Positions 1-12,399 of a stretch of 38,816 nt of DNA are shown here, in pieces (position 1 is the first letter of the stretch; every line of letters begins with the position of its first letter). The position numbers and the translations under genes are program-made. The notes beneath the pieces were generated by a model that saw nothing but the letters and a program-made list of their open reading frames with translations, had not been told where the DNA came from and ran no database searches. Source of the DNA: Octopus bimaculoides (Eukaryota); the NCBI RefSeq assembly GCF_001194135.2, contig NC_068982.1:179376062-179414877 (forward strand), read 5' to 3'.

Positions 1-42
<42 letters not shown>

Positions 43-58
43 CATATATATATATATA
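1..58. repeat. (TA)n microsatellite
   Basis: Near-pure TA dinucleotide run at the window start. Confidence 0.95.
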
Positions 59-864
59 AATACGTATATATGTACGCAAAGTAGGTGTACTTTTATTGGT
101 GCACACATGTACGTATATGTAAGTTAGTGTATACGTATGTAAACAAAAGATATTTTTACATATGATTTTTTATATGTATTACTCTATTATGTATTTATAT
201 ATTATTTATACGTCCACATCTCCTCATAGATCGATGTACTTATAGAAGAATGTATCATTTCTGTAGATTCGCCTTGATGTATACGTGACGGTTTGCAGTT
301 ACCTGTATGTACTTGTGTACAATAATATATTGATACAAATAACCTTTCTATAGACACACTAGCAAATCCCGTTAAGTATTTATAATGGCACAATCTTTTG
401 GTCTTGTGTTTCTCAAAACACATAGCTTAATATTTCTTAATAAAACTCTTATAATGTCCTCACCAATTCAACAGCATTTTGACATATGCTGGGCAACCAA
501 CTATTTCGGCTACAAACATTCTTTTGTGACTTCTAAACCACAGCAAAAATTAACTTTCGATACAAAGAATGTCGTGACCTGAAATTGATACACCTGATTT
601 GGCATACTTACACAGATAATTCCCCGTTTGATAGAGCTAGAAACAATAACACCGTTTCTACAACATTCTAAGCAAAATTTCCTCACAATAACATTCTATC
701 AACCTCACTACGTATAAGCACATATTTTCCGTCTATCTTGCTGTATCTCTCTTCTAATTAAGTACTTGACCAACTTACCAACACCACACTTAATTATCAT
801 TTCAAATAACTCCATCTAGCTTAAGAAGACAACTTGTCAACGAAAAACAAAACGAATTGTGGCA

Positions 865-908
865 CGGTCCTGACGAAAGCGAGCAAGCCGAAACTTCAAG
901 GTCACTGC
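865..908 (+). ncRNA. Degenerate minimal type I hammerhead-like motif, possibly a Penelope-like terminal repeat remnant
   Basis: CUGACGA 870-876, GAAA 890-893, stem III A893-U902/C-G/U.G, GUC triplet 901-903, stem I CGGU(865-868)/ACUG(904-907). An extra C869 and an A.C mismatch at the base of stem II make it imperfect. AATAAA follows downstream. Confidence 0.4.
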
Positions 909-1352
909 TTAGTTTTATAAAAGTTTAATAAATAGGCACTCTACTAAAAGTTATTGAATAATCCTTCAGTTTAAAGTTAATCTTTTGTATATGTAACAAA
1001 AATACGCATATATATATGTGTGTGTGTGTGTGTGTATAAATAAGAGAAAAAGCACCAGCACAGTTTAAGTTGCCTCTTGTTCTCGTAGTGGCAGTTGGAG
1101 TAATAGTATTAATATGTTCGCGCCTTTTTTCTCTGGATGTCTATATGTCAAGATTTTAACTCACATGGATCTACACAGGATTGCACCTAAGGACTCATGT
1201 CCTGGTTTCTATAACTTCAGAAAGTTGAATTATGAACTTTTATGCTTTTTTTTTCTCCTTTCTTTCCATCTCCTTATTCTTTTACTCCTTTCATTTATGT
1301 CGTCATCTCATTAATATATACCATTCTCATTTTCCCTATTTTTTCCCTATTT

Positions 1353-1408
1353 GTCTCTGATGATGGAATATGCCATATTCGGGGATATCCCAGAAACAGC
1401 TGTAAGAC
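1353..1408 (+). ncRNA. Type I hammerhead ribozyme (minimal, palindromic stem III)
   Basis: Stem I GUCU(1353-56)/AGAC(1405-08); core CUGAUGA 1357-63; stem II UGG..AUAU/AUAU..CCA (1364-1392); GAAA 1393-96; stem III ACAGCUGU (1396-1403) is a perfect palindrome; GUA triplet with predicted cut after 1404. Confidence 0.8.
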
Positions 1409-1597
1409 TTTGAATTTTTTCCAATATTAATATTGTATATGACTTGGGATCTTTGCTTTGCCAGAATGTTTGTTATCCTCTTTATCAAATTATATATCCG
1501 CTGCATCGGAAATCTGCAATGGTTCCATAACTACCGTCTCGGCTATAACCTTGGTAATCTGTTACAGTACTTACCTGCCGTACCTATATATGTTATA

Positions 1598-1909
1598 TAT
1601 TCTTTTACTCTTTTACTTGTTTCAGTCATTTGACTGTGGCCATGCTGGAGCACCGTCTTTAGCCGAACAATTAGATCCCGGGACTTACTCTTTGTAAGCC
1701 TAGTACTTATTTTATTGGTATCTTTTGCCAAACCGCTAGTTTACGGGGACATAAACAACTAATTTCGGTTGTCAAGTCTACCAAATCCACTCACGGGGCT
1801 TGGTCGGCTCGAGGCTATAGTAGATGACAGTTGCTCAAGGTGCAATGCAGTGGGACTGAACTCGGAACCGTATGGTTGGGAAGCAAGCTTCTTACCACAC
1901 AGCCACGCC
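1598..1909 (-). mobile_element. tRNA-like SINE, family B (head ggcgtggctgtgtggtaagaagcttgcttccc..., tail ...gtgctccagcatggccacagtcaaatgactgaaacaagtaaaaga)
   Basis: Head and tail match other copies in this window (11462-11556, 21545-21670, 23010-23260). B-box-like ggttccgagttcagtccc is present. I recall this as an abundant octopus SINE. Confidence 0.85.
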
Positions 1910-1926
1910 TATATTATATGTATATA

Positions 1927-1982
<56 letters not shown>

Positions 1983-2760
1983 NNNNNNNNNNNNNNNNNN
2001 NNNNNNNNNNNNNNNNNNNNNNNNNNNNNNNNNNNNNNNNNNNNNNNNNNNNNNNNNNNNNNNNNNNNNNNNNNNNNNNNNNNNNNNNNNNNNNNNNNNN
2101 NNNNNNNNNNNNNNNNNNNNNNNNNNNNNNNNNNNNNNNNNNNNNNNNNNNNNNNNNNNNNNNNNNNNNNNNNNNNNNNNNNNNNNNNNNNNNNNNNNNN
2201 NNNNNNNNNNNNNNNNNNNNNNNNNNNNNNNNNNNNNNNNNNNNNNNNNNNNNNNNNNNNNNNNNNNNNNNNNNNNNNNNNNNNNNNNNNNNNNNNNNNN
2301 NNNNNNNNNNNNNNNNNNNNNTATATATATATATGTATATATATGTACATATATAGTATTGATGTCCTGTATATCTGGTAAAAAGCAACTTCCAGCTGAA
2401 TACCTCTTGAAGCGCGTGTGACTGTGAAGAGCAAGGGAGCACCAGCCACTAATAATATCACGGTCCATATTGATACTATATATACTATATACTATATATA
2501 TAGGCGCTGACTTTGACTTCAAATTGCTCAAATCGTCGTTATTCACATAAACTCTGAACAAACTTCTAACGGGTCAAGTCTGATTATATTTCAGGTTGCT
2601 CGAGAGGGAAAGTGACAACACGTAATACTATATACTCTATAACAAGGAGGTCGTCAGCTACTAAAGTAACAGCTAAACCAGGCTAGCCTGCGAAGATGGA
2701 GTGATAGAAACACTGTAGAACAAAAGAAGACCTATCAAAAGACAATATATACTAAGCATG

Positions 2761-2977
2761 GAAGGTCGCCGAGCTCGCAGAAATGTTAGCACGCCGGGCG
2801 AAATGCTTAATGGCATTTCGTCTGTCTTTACGTTCTGAGTTCAAATTCCGCCGTGGTCGACTTTGCCTTTCATCCTTTTGGGGTCGATAAATTAAAGTAC
2901 CAGTTGCGAACTGGGGTCGATCTAATCGACTGGCTCCCTCTCTCAAAATTTCGGGCCTTGTGCCTAGTGTACAAAAG
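2761..2977 (+). mobile_element. tRNA-like SINE, family A (gccgagctcgcagaaatgttagcacgccgggcgaaatgc...gagttcaaattccgccg...), with 17-bp TSD
   Basis: Homologous to copies at 24652, 25315 and 25703. Flanked by the exact direct repeat aatatatactaagcatg at 2744-2760 and 2978-2994. Confidence 0.92.
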
Positions 2978-3749
2978 AATATATACTAAGCATGAAATTA
3001 ACGACTAAATAGTCTCCGAATTCATCAAAATAATCAAAATTGCGAGTAAGCGCGTAAGAAGTTTGATGAGAGATAGGTAAACTTCTGCCTTAAAGTTGTG
3101 ATGGAGGCAACTTCTCTATGATAAAAAGTACTTCGAATAAGAACATTGAAGTGGTCGCTAATGGCAAAGAAAGGATGCTGAAAAAACAGCAAACTGGTTG
3201 ATTAGCCAAGCAGATGATTAAGTAATTGGTTTATTAGTTAACTAGTTGCGTATTAATAATAATAGTGAAATAAAACCCATCGGAACACACACAAACTCAT
3301 AAATCGTACGCATATATATGAACACAAACACACACACGCATGTGTGTATGTATGTATGTATCTATGTATGTATTTATGNNNNNNNNNNNNNNNNNNNNNN
3401 NNNNNNNNNNNNNNNNNNNNNNNNNNNNNNNNNNNNNNNNNNNNNNNNNNNNNNNNNNNNNNNNNNNNNNNNNNNNNNNNNNNNNNNNNNNNNNNNNNNN
3501 NNNNNNNNNNNNNNNNNNNNNNNNNNNNNNNNNNNNNNNNNNNNNATAGGTACGCTTTATAAGTTCTATAATTAGTCATCTGTTAGGTTCCAAGTTCACA
3601 GCTGAGGCTGGGGCTAGGGATCCGTAGTTGGCTTCCGAGTTCGCAGGTATACAAAAACCACGAAAATAAATAAATAAAATCTTTTTACGGATTTTACTGA
3701 ACGCTGTACCTTAACAGCTGTTGGATCAGATGTTTAGTTTGACATATTT

Positions 3750-5095
3750 TTGCGAATCGAAAGATTCTCCAATTTCGTCCTCGGAAATATCTCCACACAC
3801 ACTGGCGGAATCATCTTATACGCACCCGGTGGAACTGGAAAAACATTCCTCCTGAATCTTCTTCTTGCAAAGTTGCGGCATAATGGTGACCTTGCTATTG
3901 CTGTTGACCCCTCAGGAATAGCCTCGACTCTTCTCGATGGCAGACGAACAGCACACTCTGCCTTCAAATTGCCATTGAATGTAGCACATCAAGAAAACCC
4001 AACGTGCCACATAATGCATTCCTCGGACGAAACGACAATTTTGAAAAAGTGCAAACTATTGTTTGGGATAAAGCAACTATGTCCCATAAATGTTCCCTAC
4101 AAGCTCTTCATACCACAATGGGAGACCCTAGATCAAATAACAACATCCTTGGAGGTGCGACTCTACTTCTTGCAGAAGATTTGCGATAAACTCTGTCTAT
4201 CATACCCAAAGCAACACCTGCTGATGAACATAATGCCTGCCTTAAAAATCCCTCCTTTGGTCGCATGTCCAATCGAAACAACTCACTATCAACCTGAGAT
4301 CACTCCTGCAGACTGGTCAGCCTACAACCCAGTTTTCGGAAATGTTCCTTAAAATCGGCAATGGACAAATTATTTCCGATGACAACGGATACATTGACAC
4401 TATCACCATTGGCCACACTGAAGCCAGTCCTGATGACTTATGTTCTGCCGTTTACCCAAATCTTACAACGGAATACATAAAACCAGATTGGCTTCGCGAC
4501 GGGGCTGTTCTTGTAACTATAAATGCAGCTGTCAATACTCTTAACTACAACTTACTCAGTCAGCTACCTTCTCAAGAACGATGTTACAGATCAGTTGACA
4601 CCGCTACAGACCTCGATCAGATTACACAATTTCCAACAGAATTTCTCAACTCCAAAGATCCTCCAGAACTCCCTCCCCATGAATTTCACTTACAAATCGG
4701 TTGCCCTGTCATCCTCCCACGCAATCTAAACGCACCCGCACCATGCAATAGAACTCGCCTTTTTGTCAAACAAATGATGGACCACGCTATTGAAGCCCAA
4801 ATTATCGTGGGATACTGCTAAAAAGATACCGTTTTCATTCCGAAATTTCCGCTAACCCAACAGACTGTCCCTACACTATGTAGACACTTCAGTTCCCTCT
4901 GAAACTCAGCTTCGCCATGACAATTAACAAAGCACAAGGTCAGTCGCTGAAAGTTGTTGGATTGTACCTTCGAACATCGTGCTTTTCACATGGACAATTC
5001 TCCGTCGGTTGTTCCTGAGTTGGCCTTCCAGACAACTTATTCATTTATGCTCCCGAAGGAAAACAAAAAGTATCGTCTGCAAAGCAGCCTTACAG
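3750..5095 (+). pseudogene. Frameshifted Helitron Pif1-family SF1 DNA helicase
   Basis: APGGTGKTFLLNLLLA (Walker A), [93 protein letters not shown] and FSHGQ. Several frameshifts and stops. Confidence 0.9.
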
Positions 5096-5687
5096 TAGTT
5101 ATTCTTCTCATCTACGCCAAACTATAGCCGTTAGCAATCGGACTTCCTTCAAGCATTTCATTGATATTTTACTTCATTCTCTTGATTGTTGTCAACAGTA
5201 CATTACCTTCAATGATCCTTCTTACTTTACGTACGCTGTTCGATCATAAGCTTGCTCTAGCATTTATTTTTGTACATGTCATTATTCTATTTGTGTGTTT
5301 GTTATAAATGTTTGCTTTTCTTTATCATACATGACTTTCATTGAAAAATAAAGCTTCATGCGGTTGTGTCAGATATTACGAGAAAAATAAGTACATGTTA
5401 CAAAACGCTTCAGGTAAGTTATAAGATCTCTAATGCCTACTGCAATTGCGATCCCATTTCATGGACTTCCGTTTATTACTAACTGTCAAATTTGTATTCA
5501 AAAAAATTTATTCATTACCTAAGTTTCTTAATACCATATCATAAGCTGCTAACGAAAATGGTAATTATACATTTTACGCTTATCAACTTGAAACGACTTC
5601 TAACTGGGGGCTAATTCAACTCAAACCGTCCACAGGAGAGCACCATTATAATAATTACATCGTCCAAAGGACGGGTGCATTTGCTAG
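3750..5687 (+). mobile_element. Helitron remnant: Pif1-like helicase half plus intact 3' terminus
   Basis: Helicase motifs across several frames. 3' hairpin cgtcc-aaa-ggacg at 5661-5673 lies 10 nt before CTAG (5684-87), which is followed by T: the canonical Helitron 3' end. No Rep domain or 5' TC end is visible; an N-gap lies upstream. Confidence 0.88.
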
Positions 5688-5740
5688 TATATATATAAAT
5701 GTATATACATACGCTCACTCCCATACACATACACACATAA

Positions 5741-5910
5741 GTTTGTGTGTGTGTATGTTTGTGTGTGTGTGCGTGTGTGTGTGTGTGTGTCTGTAAATAC
5801 GCTCACACATATGTATATAAGTATATGAAGGGAGTGAGTGAGTGAGTGAGTGAGTGAGTGAGTGAGTGGGTGGGTGGGTGAGTGGGTGAGTGGGTGAGTG
5901 ATTGAGTGAG
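5741..5910. repeat. (GT)n and (GAGT)n/(GGGT)n microsatellites
   Basis: Directly visible simple repeats. Confidence 0.9.
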
Positions 5911-6094
5911 AGCGCATTTGAGAATCAATCTCTGTATCTCTGCTATTTTGTTTCATGGAGAAAAAGAAAACTCGCATATCGATCGCTACTGACAGATCAA
6001 AGAGGTCATGTGATAAGTGAAATATTGCTCTGAGCCAGAATTTAAGTTAGGAGAATTGATAGTGAGTCCTGTGATATATCTTCACTCATGAATG

Positions 6095-6165
6095 TGTGAG
6101 TAATTGTGTGTGCGCGTGTGCGTGTGTTTGTGTGTGTATGTGTGTGCGTGTGTGTGTGTATATGT

Positions 6166-6226
<61 letters not shown>
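6095..6226. repeat. (GT)n microsatellite
   Basis: Directly visible simple repeat. Confidence 0.95.
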
Positions 6227-6227
<1 letters not shown>

Positions 6228-6604
6228 AAATATTGCGTAGACCGCTGTACGAATATAATCATAGGAAACATGGTCTTTTTACTTGGTCTTTTCACTTCAT
6301 TCTAACTGTCACTGTTCTGAATCGGCCCACCTTGCCATTCGGCCAAGAAGTCCGGTGCTATTCGTCCGGCACAACCCTTTTTCACTATGATCCAAGTCCC
6401 GTGTAAGTCCGAATTTCACTTCTTCAAACCACATTCAGGCTTTGAGCCTTTCATTGGGTGGGTCGAAAGATCACGCCCATTTCCAACAATGAAATACTAA
6501 CACTTCCTTAGATTCACTGAGTAGAGGGTGTAATATAGCTGGAAATAATCCCATATCTTCGGCCGAGAGTGCTGCTGTATCCATCTCACTGACAATTTAA
6601 AAAA

Positions 6605-6690
6605 GAAGTGCCAACTTTAGAAACTTTATATGAGTCGGAAGCTTGGTCACCTTCAAACACGAGATGACGAACAAGATAGTCTTGGTAAAT
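6605..6690 (+). mobile_element. Possible short RTE-type LINE fragment
   Basis: Translates VPTL..LYESEAWS, resembling the VxPxLLYGxExW motif downstream of RTE reverse transcriptases. Very short. Confidence 0.35.
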
Positions 6691-7559
6691 AACAGATCAA
6701 TAGTATACGCGTATGCCTTGATAAATAGCAATTCTGCAATGCATGGCTAGGTAAGTAGTAGTTATACAATATGCTTTAGTAAATAGCAGTTCTATAATCT
6801 AGTAAATAATAGTAATGCAATTCATGTCGTCTGAAACAATAATTTTATGACATCAATGTCTTTTTATCTGAAAAATATCTTTTCAATCAGAAAAATGATA
6901 CTTTATTTGTCATATAATGGAATCAGTTGGACTTCAGCATCCAATATTCAGCATATTTGTACTAACATTCAGACCATCCTACGTTTAAATGATTATAAAA
7001 CTTTGTTTTTTCTACATAAAACTATAGAAAGCAACCATAGTATGATAAATATTTAAAATCGATAAATACAAAATAGCTAGATCAATAACTACAAGTAATT
7101 TCTTTGTAATGAACTATTCTGCAAAGGTTGACAAAATTAGAATATGTTGATAAGAGCAAATAATGTTATCATTTGGTCAGTGACCGAAAACTATATAATG
7201 GAAAACAGGCATAAAATTTTTATTTGTTCCGTTATATTGATGTGTTGCAATAAGCTAAATATAACAACAGCTTTGGTCGCATAGTATTTTTCAAGAAATA
7301 AGAAAGTCATTTTAAATATGTATGGATACTCACAGACTCATATGTAAAATTCGTAATACAGTATATACAGCGATGGTCATATACAATACTAAGTAATTCA
7401 AGTAATTTACATAGCTAATGAACATTTTCCTTTTATTATAAAACATGAAAGCCACATTATGAGACAATCATATTTATTTTTTGTTAGTATTGCCCCTAGA
7501 TAATTGTTATACGAAATCAGCCAATATAAATTCAGCCGGTAAAATGTAATAAATATCAC

Positions 7560-7975
7560 GGTACCGTTGGTCACGATGCGCTTCCAATTTTGTCTTGATT
7601 GCGCCATTCTTTTCCAACTTGACCTAAATTGCCTGATTAAAACGTCTTCCAGTCGTCATGGAGGCCTTCTAAGTGATCTTTTCCGATCTCTTGGATACCA
7701 CTCAGCAATTGTACGGGTCTAATTGTTGTCTGTGAACTTTGCAATATGTCCGGCCCAGCTCAACTTGTGCTTTCGGTACTCGGCGATCACATCTTTCATT
7801 CTGTTTCCTTCTTAAATTATCTCATTTCGAATGTGCTCTCTTAGTGATATTCCTAACATGGATCTTTCCATGGCCCTTGCGTCGTAGCCAATCAATGTTC
7901 TATCCTCTTTGTAGTAGCTACGTCTCACTTGCGCATAAGAGTGCCAGTGCGATGTGCTATTGAAAAGTCTGGCAT
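7560..7975 (-). mobile_element. RTE-clade LINE 3' fragment
   Basis: Minus strand reads AMERSMLGISLREHIRNEII*...KLSWAGHIAKFTDNN*TRTIAEWYPRDRKRSLRRPP*RLED...SWKRMAQSRQNWK, typical of the RTE C-terminus. Confidence 0.85.
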
Positions 7976-9409
7976 GTATGGCATAATTATTTTGTTCTTA
8001 TAATCATGCTGATTTTAATTTTATCACAAATGGTAAGGAGATCGCATAAAATCCTTCTAATGTCCGTTTTGTTATCTAATTAATGTTCACTTTTGACTCG
8101 CGTTAATTATAAATGCTATCGTTTTTATTGTTAATGCAATATTGTTATTAATAGAATGAGATTTAGCCATAATGGGTAGTCGTTCGTGAGGATTTTATAT
8201 CGTTATTTTCTGAAATTTGTATTTAATTAAGGAATGAGAAATTATTTTGTAACCCAAAATTTAACTGTAAGTCAAATGTTCCCTATTCTTGTTTGGCAGT
8301 CCTACAACAGTCACTACAACTATTTCACATTTCACATTTTCAGTTCAATCACGTTATTTCTTAAATGTTATGCAGAGAGTCGAGTGCAGTTCTTCAGTTT
8401 TTATATCTTTCCCTGGAAAGCAATATTAAAAATGTTTTATTTAGATTATTATAATTAACCTTAGAATAATTGACTTCCTATTTTCCGTGATTACTTCCTA
8501 TATTTTACTTATGCGATCCTTCCCGTATAATATGTATGATATTGGTTTAAATTAACTGACTTAAATATTATGTTCGGTATTTAAAATACCATTAACTAAA
8601 TACGAATGAAAGTCAGTGTATGTGTGGAGGTTGACAACTAGCATATGGACATTGTGTTGTTTTATAAACCTCTTAGAAAGATCGTGCTGAGGTCTTCATA
8701 CTCTGATGATTTTATTTCTAATTAAGACTTTCGAAGAATAATAATTGCTTTCTTTCAGCTTGGTAGTCAAGTACATTGCTTTGTTGTCGTTTGTTTGAAT
8801 ATTGTTGTTGAGTTGTCTGAGAATAGGAAAACATTGCTTCGTGTTTTTCTTTTTCTCTTCTAAGTGCGTTAATTTACTTGATACTATTAATTATCATTCT
8901 GAATGTTCTGTTGAACACAATCAACACAGACAGAATATTTTATTCAAGTATGTAGTAAATAAATGAAGAATATTCAGAACAAAACAACAATAAAGCAATC
9001 AGTTGAGTTAAGTGTTCTCAACGTTAAGTCACGTTCTCCGATTTCCCATTGGTCATTTGCTCCATCAATTAGTTCTAGCTGATGTATTTGAAAGTTAAAG
9101 CTAAACAATTAAGGAATTCTTGTTTCATCTTAAAAATGTAAAAAAGAAAAACATTCGACAAACCGAAAATTCTTTGGAGATATTTAGTTAATTTATTTGC
9201 AATGTAGTTCTTAATATAATTTCTTGAGTATGAGCACAAAAATGAGATATTAAATGGCCCATGACTTCACATTAGTGTCACTTTGCTTGTTATATAACGA
9301 CTATATTCTTTTTATTGTATTTTTATTGAACCTTAGTGTTTGCTGTGCAAGGTATTGAACTCCCTATGATGCCGGTTATCCCTTGATATATTATTTTTAT
9401 TATTATCAT

Positions 9410-9895
9410 TGAGTGGGAGAGCAGTGCATGCCATCAAAGTGAAGCTGGGGTAAAATATACGAAGCCCAGTATACCCATCATGACTACTCACCTGATAGGT
9501 TAGGCACATGCATCACAACCATATTTACGCGACGTGGTGATCACATATCAAAACAAACAGCGCATGACTCTGCAGGCGGGGCCCAGTTAGAATTTTCATC
9601 GGGTCAAGTAGCCCATCCCGCTCAAAAGGTCTTTGAATAAAGGTTGTTTTAGGGTGTTGAACGAAACATTCATATTTCCAGAAGTGAATTATTCAAAAAT
9701 CCAAAGAATTCCTCACAAAAAATGGTTATGATGCTCCCCCACTACTTCTGCTCGTGATCAGAGATGTACATATTGTCAGCTTCCAAGGAACGTAGTCGAC
9801 TGATTAAGGTCAAACAAATGACAAGCAACTGTGTGGTATTAAGCAAAATATTTGCTGCAGCCCATCTTTTATACCGAGACAAAACAATGTACATG
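9410..9895. mobile_element. Dispersed repeat (recalled as an abundant octopus interspersed repeat; class uncertain)
   Basis: GC-richer non-coding block (gagagcagtgcatgccatcaaagtg...gcagcccatcttttatacc) recognised from memory. No second copy in this window. Confidence 0.45.
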
Positions 9896-9959
9896 ATAAC
9901 ACTTCTAGTCAGTTACGATCAGAAGCCATGAGAGCCAGTATCTGGAACTGCATCCCTTG

Positions 9960-10012
9960 ATGTATCATCATCATCATCCTCCTGATCATCATCATCATTG
10001 TTTTTGCTGTTG

Positions 10013-10082
<70 letters not shown>
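9960..10082. repeat. (ATC)n/(TTG)n/(ATT)n compound microsatellite
   Basis: Directly visible simple repeats. Confidence 0.95.
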
Positions 10083-10085
<3 letters not shown>

Positions 10086-10734
10086 TCTGTTGCTTCACGA
10101 AATTGGTGTTGTTCTCAGTTGAATTATGCCTCCTATCGCACCACACATGACCCATGATCTCTGATATTTCATACTCTTTACATATGTTTTCTCTCTTTCA
10201 TATCCGTTCTCGCTTTGTATTGATGTCTTTCCTGATAATTCTTGCTAAGCTAACTGAGCGTGTTTACTTCACTGTACCTATCCGCAGATTAAAATCCGTT
10301 TTCTTTTCTTTTTTTTTTTTCAAGGCTTGTTCTCGAATTTATTGTAAGTGTTTACGAAGCCCAATAATAATTAACAGGATGATGGCCTTGATAAGTTTTT
10401 GCCATATTGCCTGAGAATCTCAATCTTCAAGTCATTATAGTACTCTACTTTTTCTTTTGCCTTTCTTTTCACTCTAGTGTCAAATGAACAAGCCACGCTG
10501 ATTACAATGCATAATTTCTTCTCTTTGGCTAAGATCTCAAATAATAGACTCCGCTCTTACTTCAGTTTGTAGAAAAAACTCCCATAATGTCACTTCATTA
10601 TTTTCAAGGGCTTGCATTACTATTCCAAGAAAATGATTATAGATCATTTTGAGCATGTAAAACTGAATTTGAGCAAAATTCACCGATTATTGTTGCAGCA
10701 ATGTTATAATACCTACATTTTTTCATACCGATAA

Positions 10735-11330
10735 AATGTAGACTTCTCGGAATCATTGCACATTGAGATAACGGTCCAGTTGATATGTTACCTTCTTGAT
10801 GTAATTTACTCTAAGAACCTGTTGCAGTGCTGTTAAAATTATTCTCCCGATGTCTTTCTTCAACATTACTCCCTTTAGCCACATCTAGTTGTTCTTATCG
10901 TCCTTTATCTCTTTTTGGTGCTTTTTCAGAAACACTGAGTGAAACTTCTTTCTTTCAGAATTTGATTTCGCTCTTTTTTCAAATTTTCACCTGTTTCTTT
11001 ATGGCTTCTATAAATTCTGTAAATAGCCATTTATTTATTATCGTATCAAAGAATGCTTATTTTCCTTCCACGTTCGAGCCTAGACACGTCTTCTCTAGTT
11101 CTCTAGTTCTCTCCGATTCTCGTAGCCGACTTCTTCAATCTGTTCTTTTCCAGTATAATCGTTCCAAACCTGATTAGGGATACATGTTTCTATGCATTCT
11201 GAGTTGCCACCTCTTCTTCATGTCAATGGACTTCAGCGCATCGTTTCTCCATTCAATAATTCTTGTTCCATATGTTAATAATGTTACTGCCTTCAAGTAA
11301 TCACTTGTATGACCTTTCCTGCAGTTAATT
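10735..11330 (-). mobile_element. R4/Dong-like non-LTR retrotransposon fragment (post-RT region)
   Basis: Minus strand reads TYGTRIIEWRNDALKSIDMK..MHRNMYP*SGLERLYWKR and FHSVFLK..WLKGVMLKKDIGRIILTALQQVLRVNYIKK, matching R4/Dong-type motifs (DRLYxxR; WLxxGxLKKETEGxIxAAQxQxLRTNY). Confidence 0.75.
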
Positions 11331-11461
11331 TATATTTCAAAATCTTCATTCGTCAAAAATAGTCTTCACTGTGGACTTCCTTTATTTCAATTCGTCTGAT
11401 TTTATCGCCTCCCAATATTCTTAGCTATTTATTTATTTTTACATTTTACATATTTTCCTGC

Positions 11462-11556
11462 TGTTATTCTCTTTTATTCTGTTTTACTTGTTTCAGTCAT
11501 TTGACTGCGGCCATGCTGGAGCACCGCCTTTTAGTCGAGCAAATCTACCCCAGGAT
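11462..11556 (-). mobile_element. SINE family B 3' tail fragment
   Basis: ttttacttgtttcagtcatttgactgcggccatgctggagcaccg is near-identical to 1612-1655. Confidence 0.85.
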
Positions 11557-11598
11557 TTATTCTTTTTTGTTTTGTTTATTTTTATGTGTCTAGACCGT

Positions 11599-11660
11599 AC
11601 GTGTACTGATGAGTAAGAGATGCAGATTACTGCGTAGATTACGAAATCATGATTTACCGT
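11599..11660 (+). ncRNA. Type I hammerhead ribozyme (palindromic stem III)
   Basis: Stem I ACG(U)GUA(11599-605)/UACCGU(11655-60); CUGAUGA 11606-12; stem II GUAA/UUAC closed by G-C and extended by GCAG-auua-CUGC; GAAA 11643-46; stem III AUCAUGAU (11646-53) is a perfect palindrome; AUU triplet with predicted cut after 11654. Confidence 0.75.
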
Positions 11661-12399
11661 TAAGTTAAAAGTTTTTAGGAAGTTAGGTTTGAGAGTTGCA
11701 TTCCCTCGCGTTCAGTAAAAATGTGCTTAGTATGGTAGTTTGACTTTTAGAGTCCCACTTAGCGTGAGGCATGCTTGTATTGTAATGCCCTTATATATAN
11801 NNNNNNNNNNNNNNNNNNNNNNNNNNNNNNNNNNNNNNNNNNNNNNNNNNNNNNNNNNNNNNNNNNNNNNNNNNNNNNNNNNNNNNNNNNNNNNNNNNNN
11901 NNNNNNNNNNNNNNNNNNNNNNNNNNNNNNNNNNNNNNNNNNNNNNNTATATATATATATATATATATTAGTACCCATAGGACTAAACATACACCCCAAT
12001 GTTTACACGACTATGTGAAATTTACAGGACACGCATACACACATATGAAAGCACGAGTCACAAACGAAGCAAAATAATAACAAAGCAATTTCTTTCGAAC
12101 TAACACAGGCTGAATGAACAATTCATAAGTTTAAAAACACCACAAAGAATCTATGCCCGGAGATAAACCTGTCAACCAAAAAATACTGACGAATACAGAT
12201 CTGTTAGCCTTAAGAAACTACGTTACGTGCAATGTTTTCATTCAGAGAACTCGGAGGCGGTGTTGTCTCAAAAAGTTAACCTTAAACAGACAGATCCGTC
12301 CCCTAATATCAACGTCCAAGCTCGTCATGCCTCAATGATAAAAAAGCAAAATACACACCGAATCTGCCGCCATCGTGTCAACAAAGGCCGCGCACCCCA

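Noticed and set aside
202-423. Minus-strand ORF with CKPSRIHQGES, vaguely like a GIY-YIG (Penelope) motif
   Set aside because: No GIY/YIG residues are actually present, and orientation is opposite to the nearby hammerhead motif.
6300-6408. CTAAC branch-like motif and GTAAGT donor around a ~55-nt segment
   Set aside because: The acceptor is poor, such motifs are common by chance, and the translated product is uninformative.
8702-8745. Other CUGANGA hits (8702, 12196, 29609; minus-strand 2652, 13730, 14421, 26519, 28163)
   Set aside because: In each case stems I-III could not be formed in register with a downstream GAAA-N-UH. Rejecting these shows the accepted motifs are not just core-word matches.
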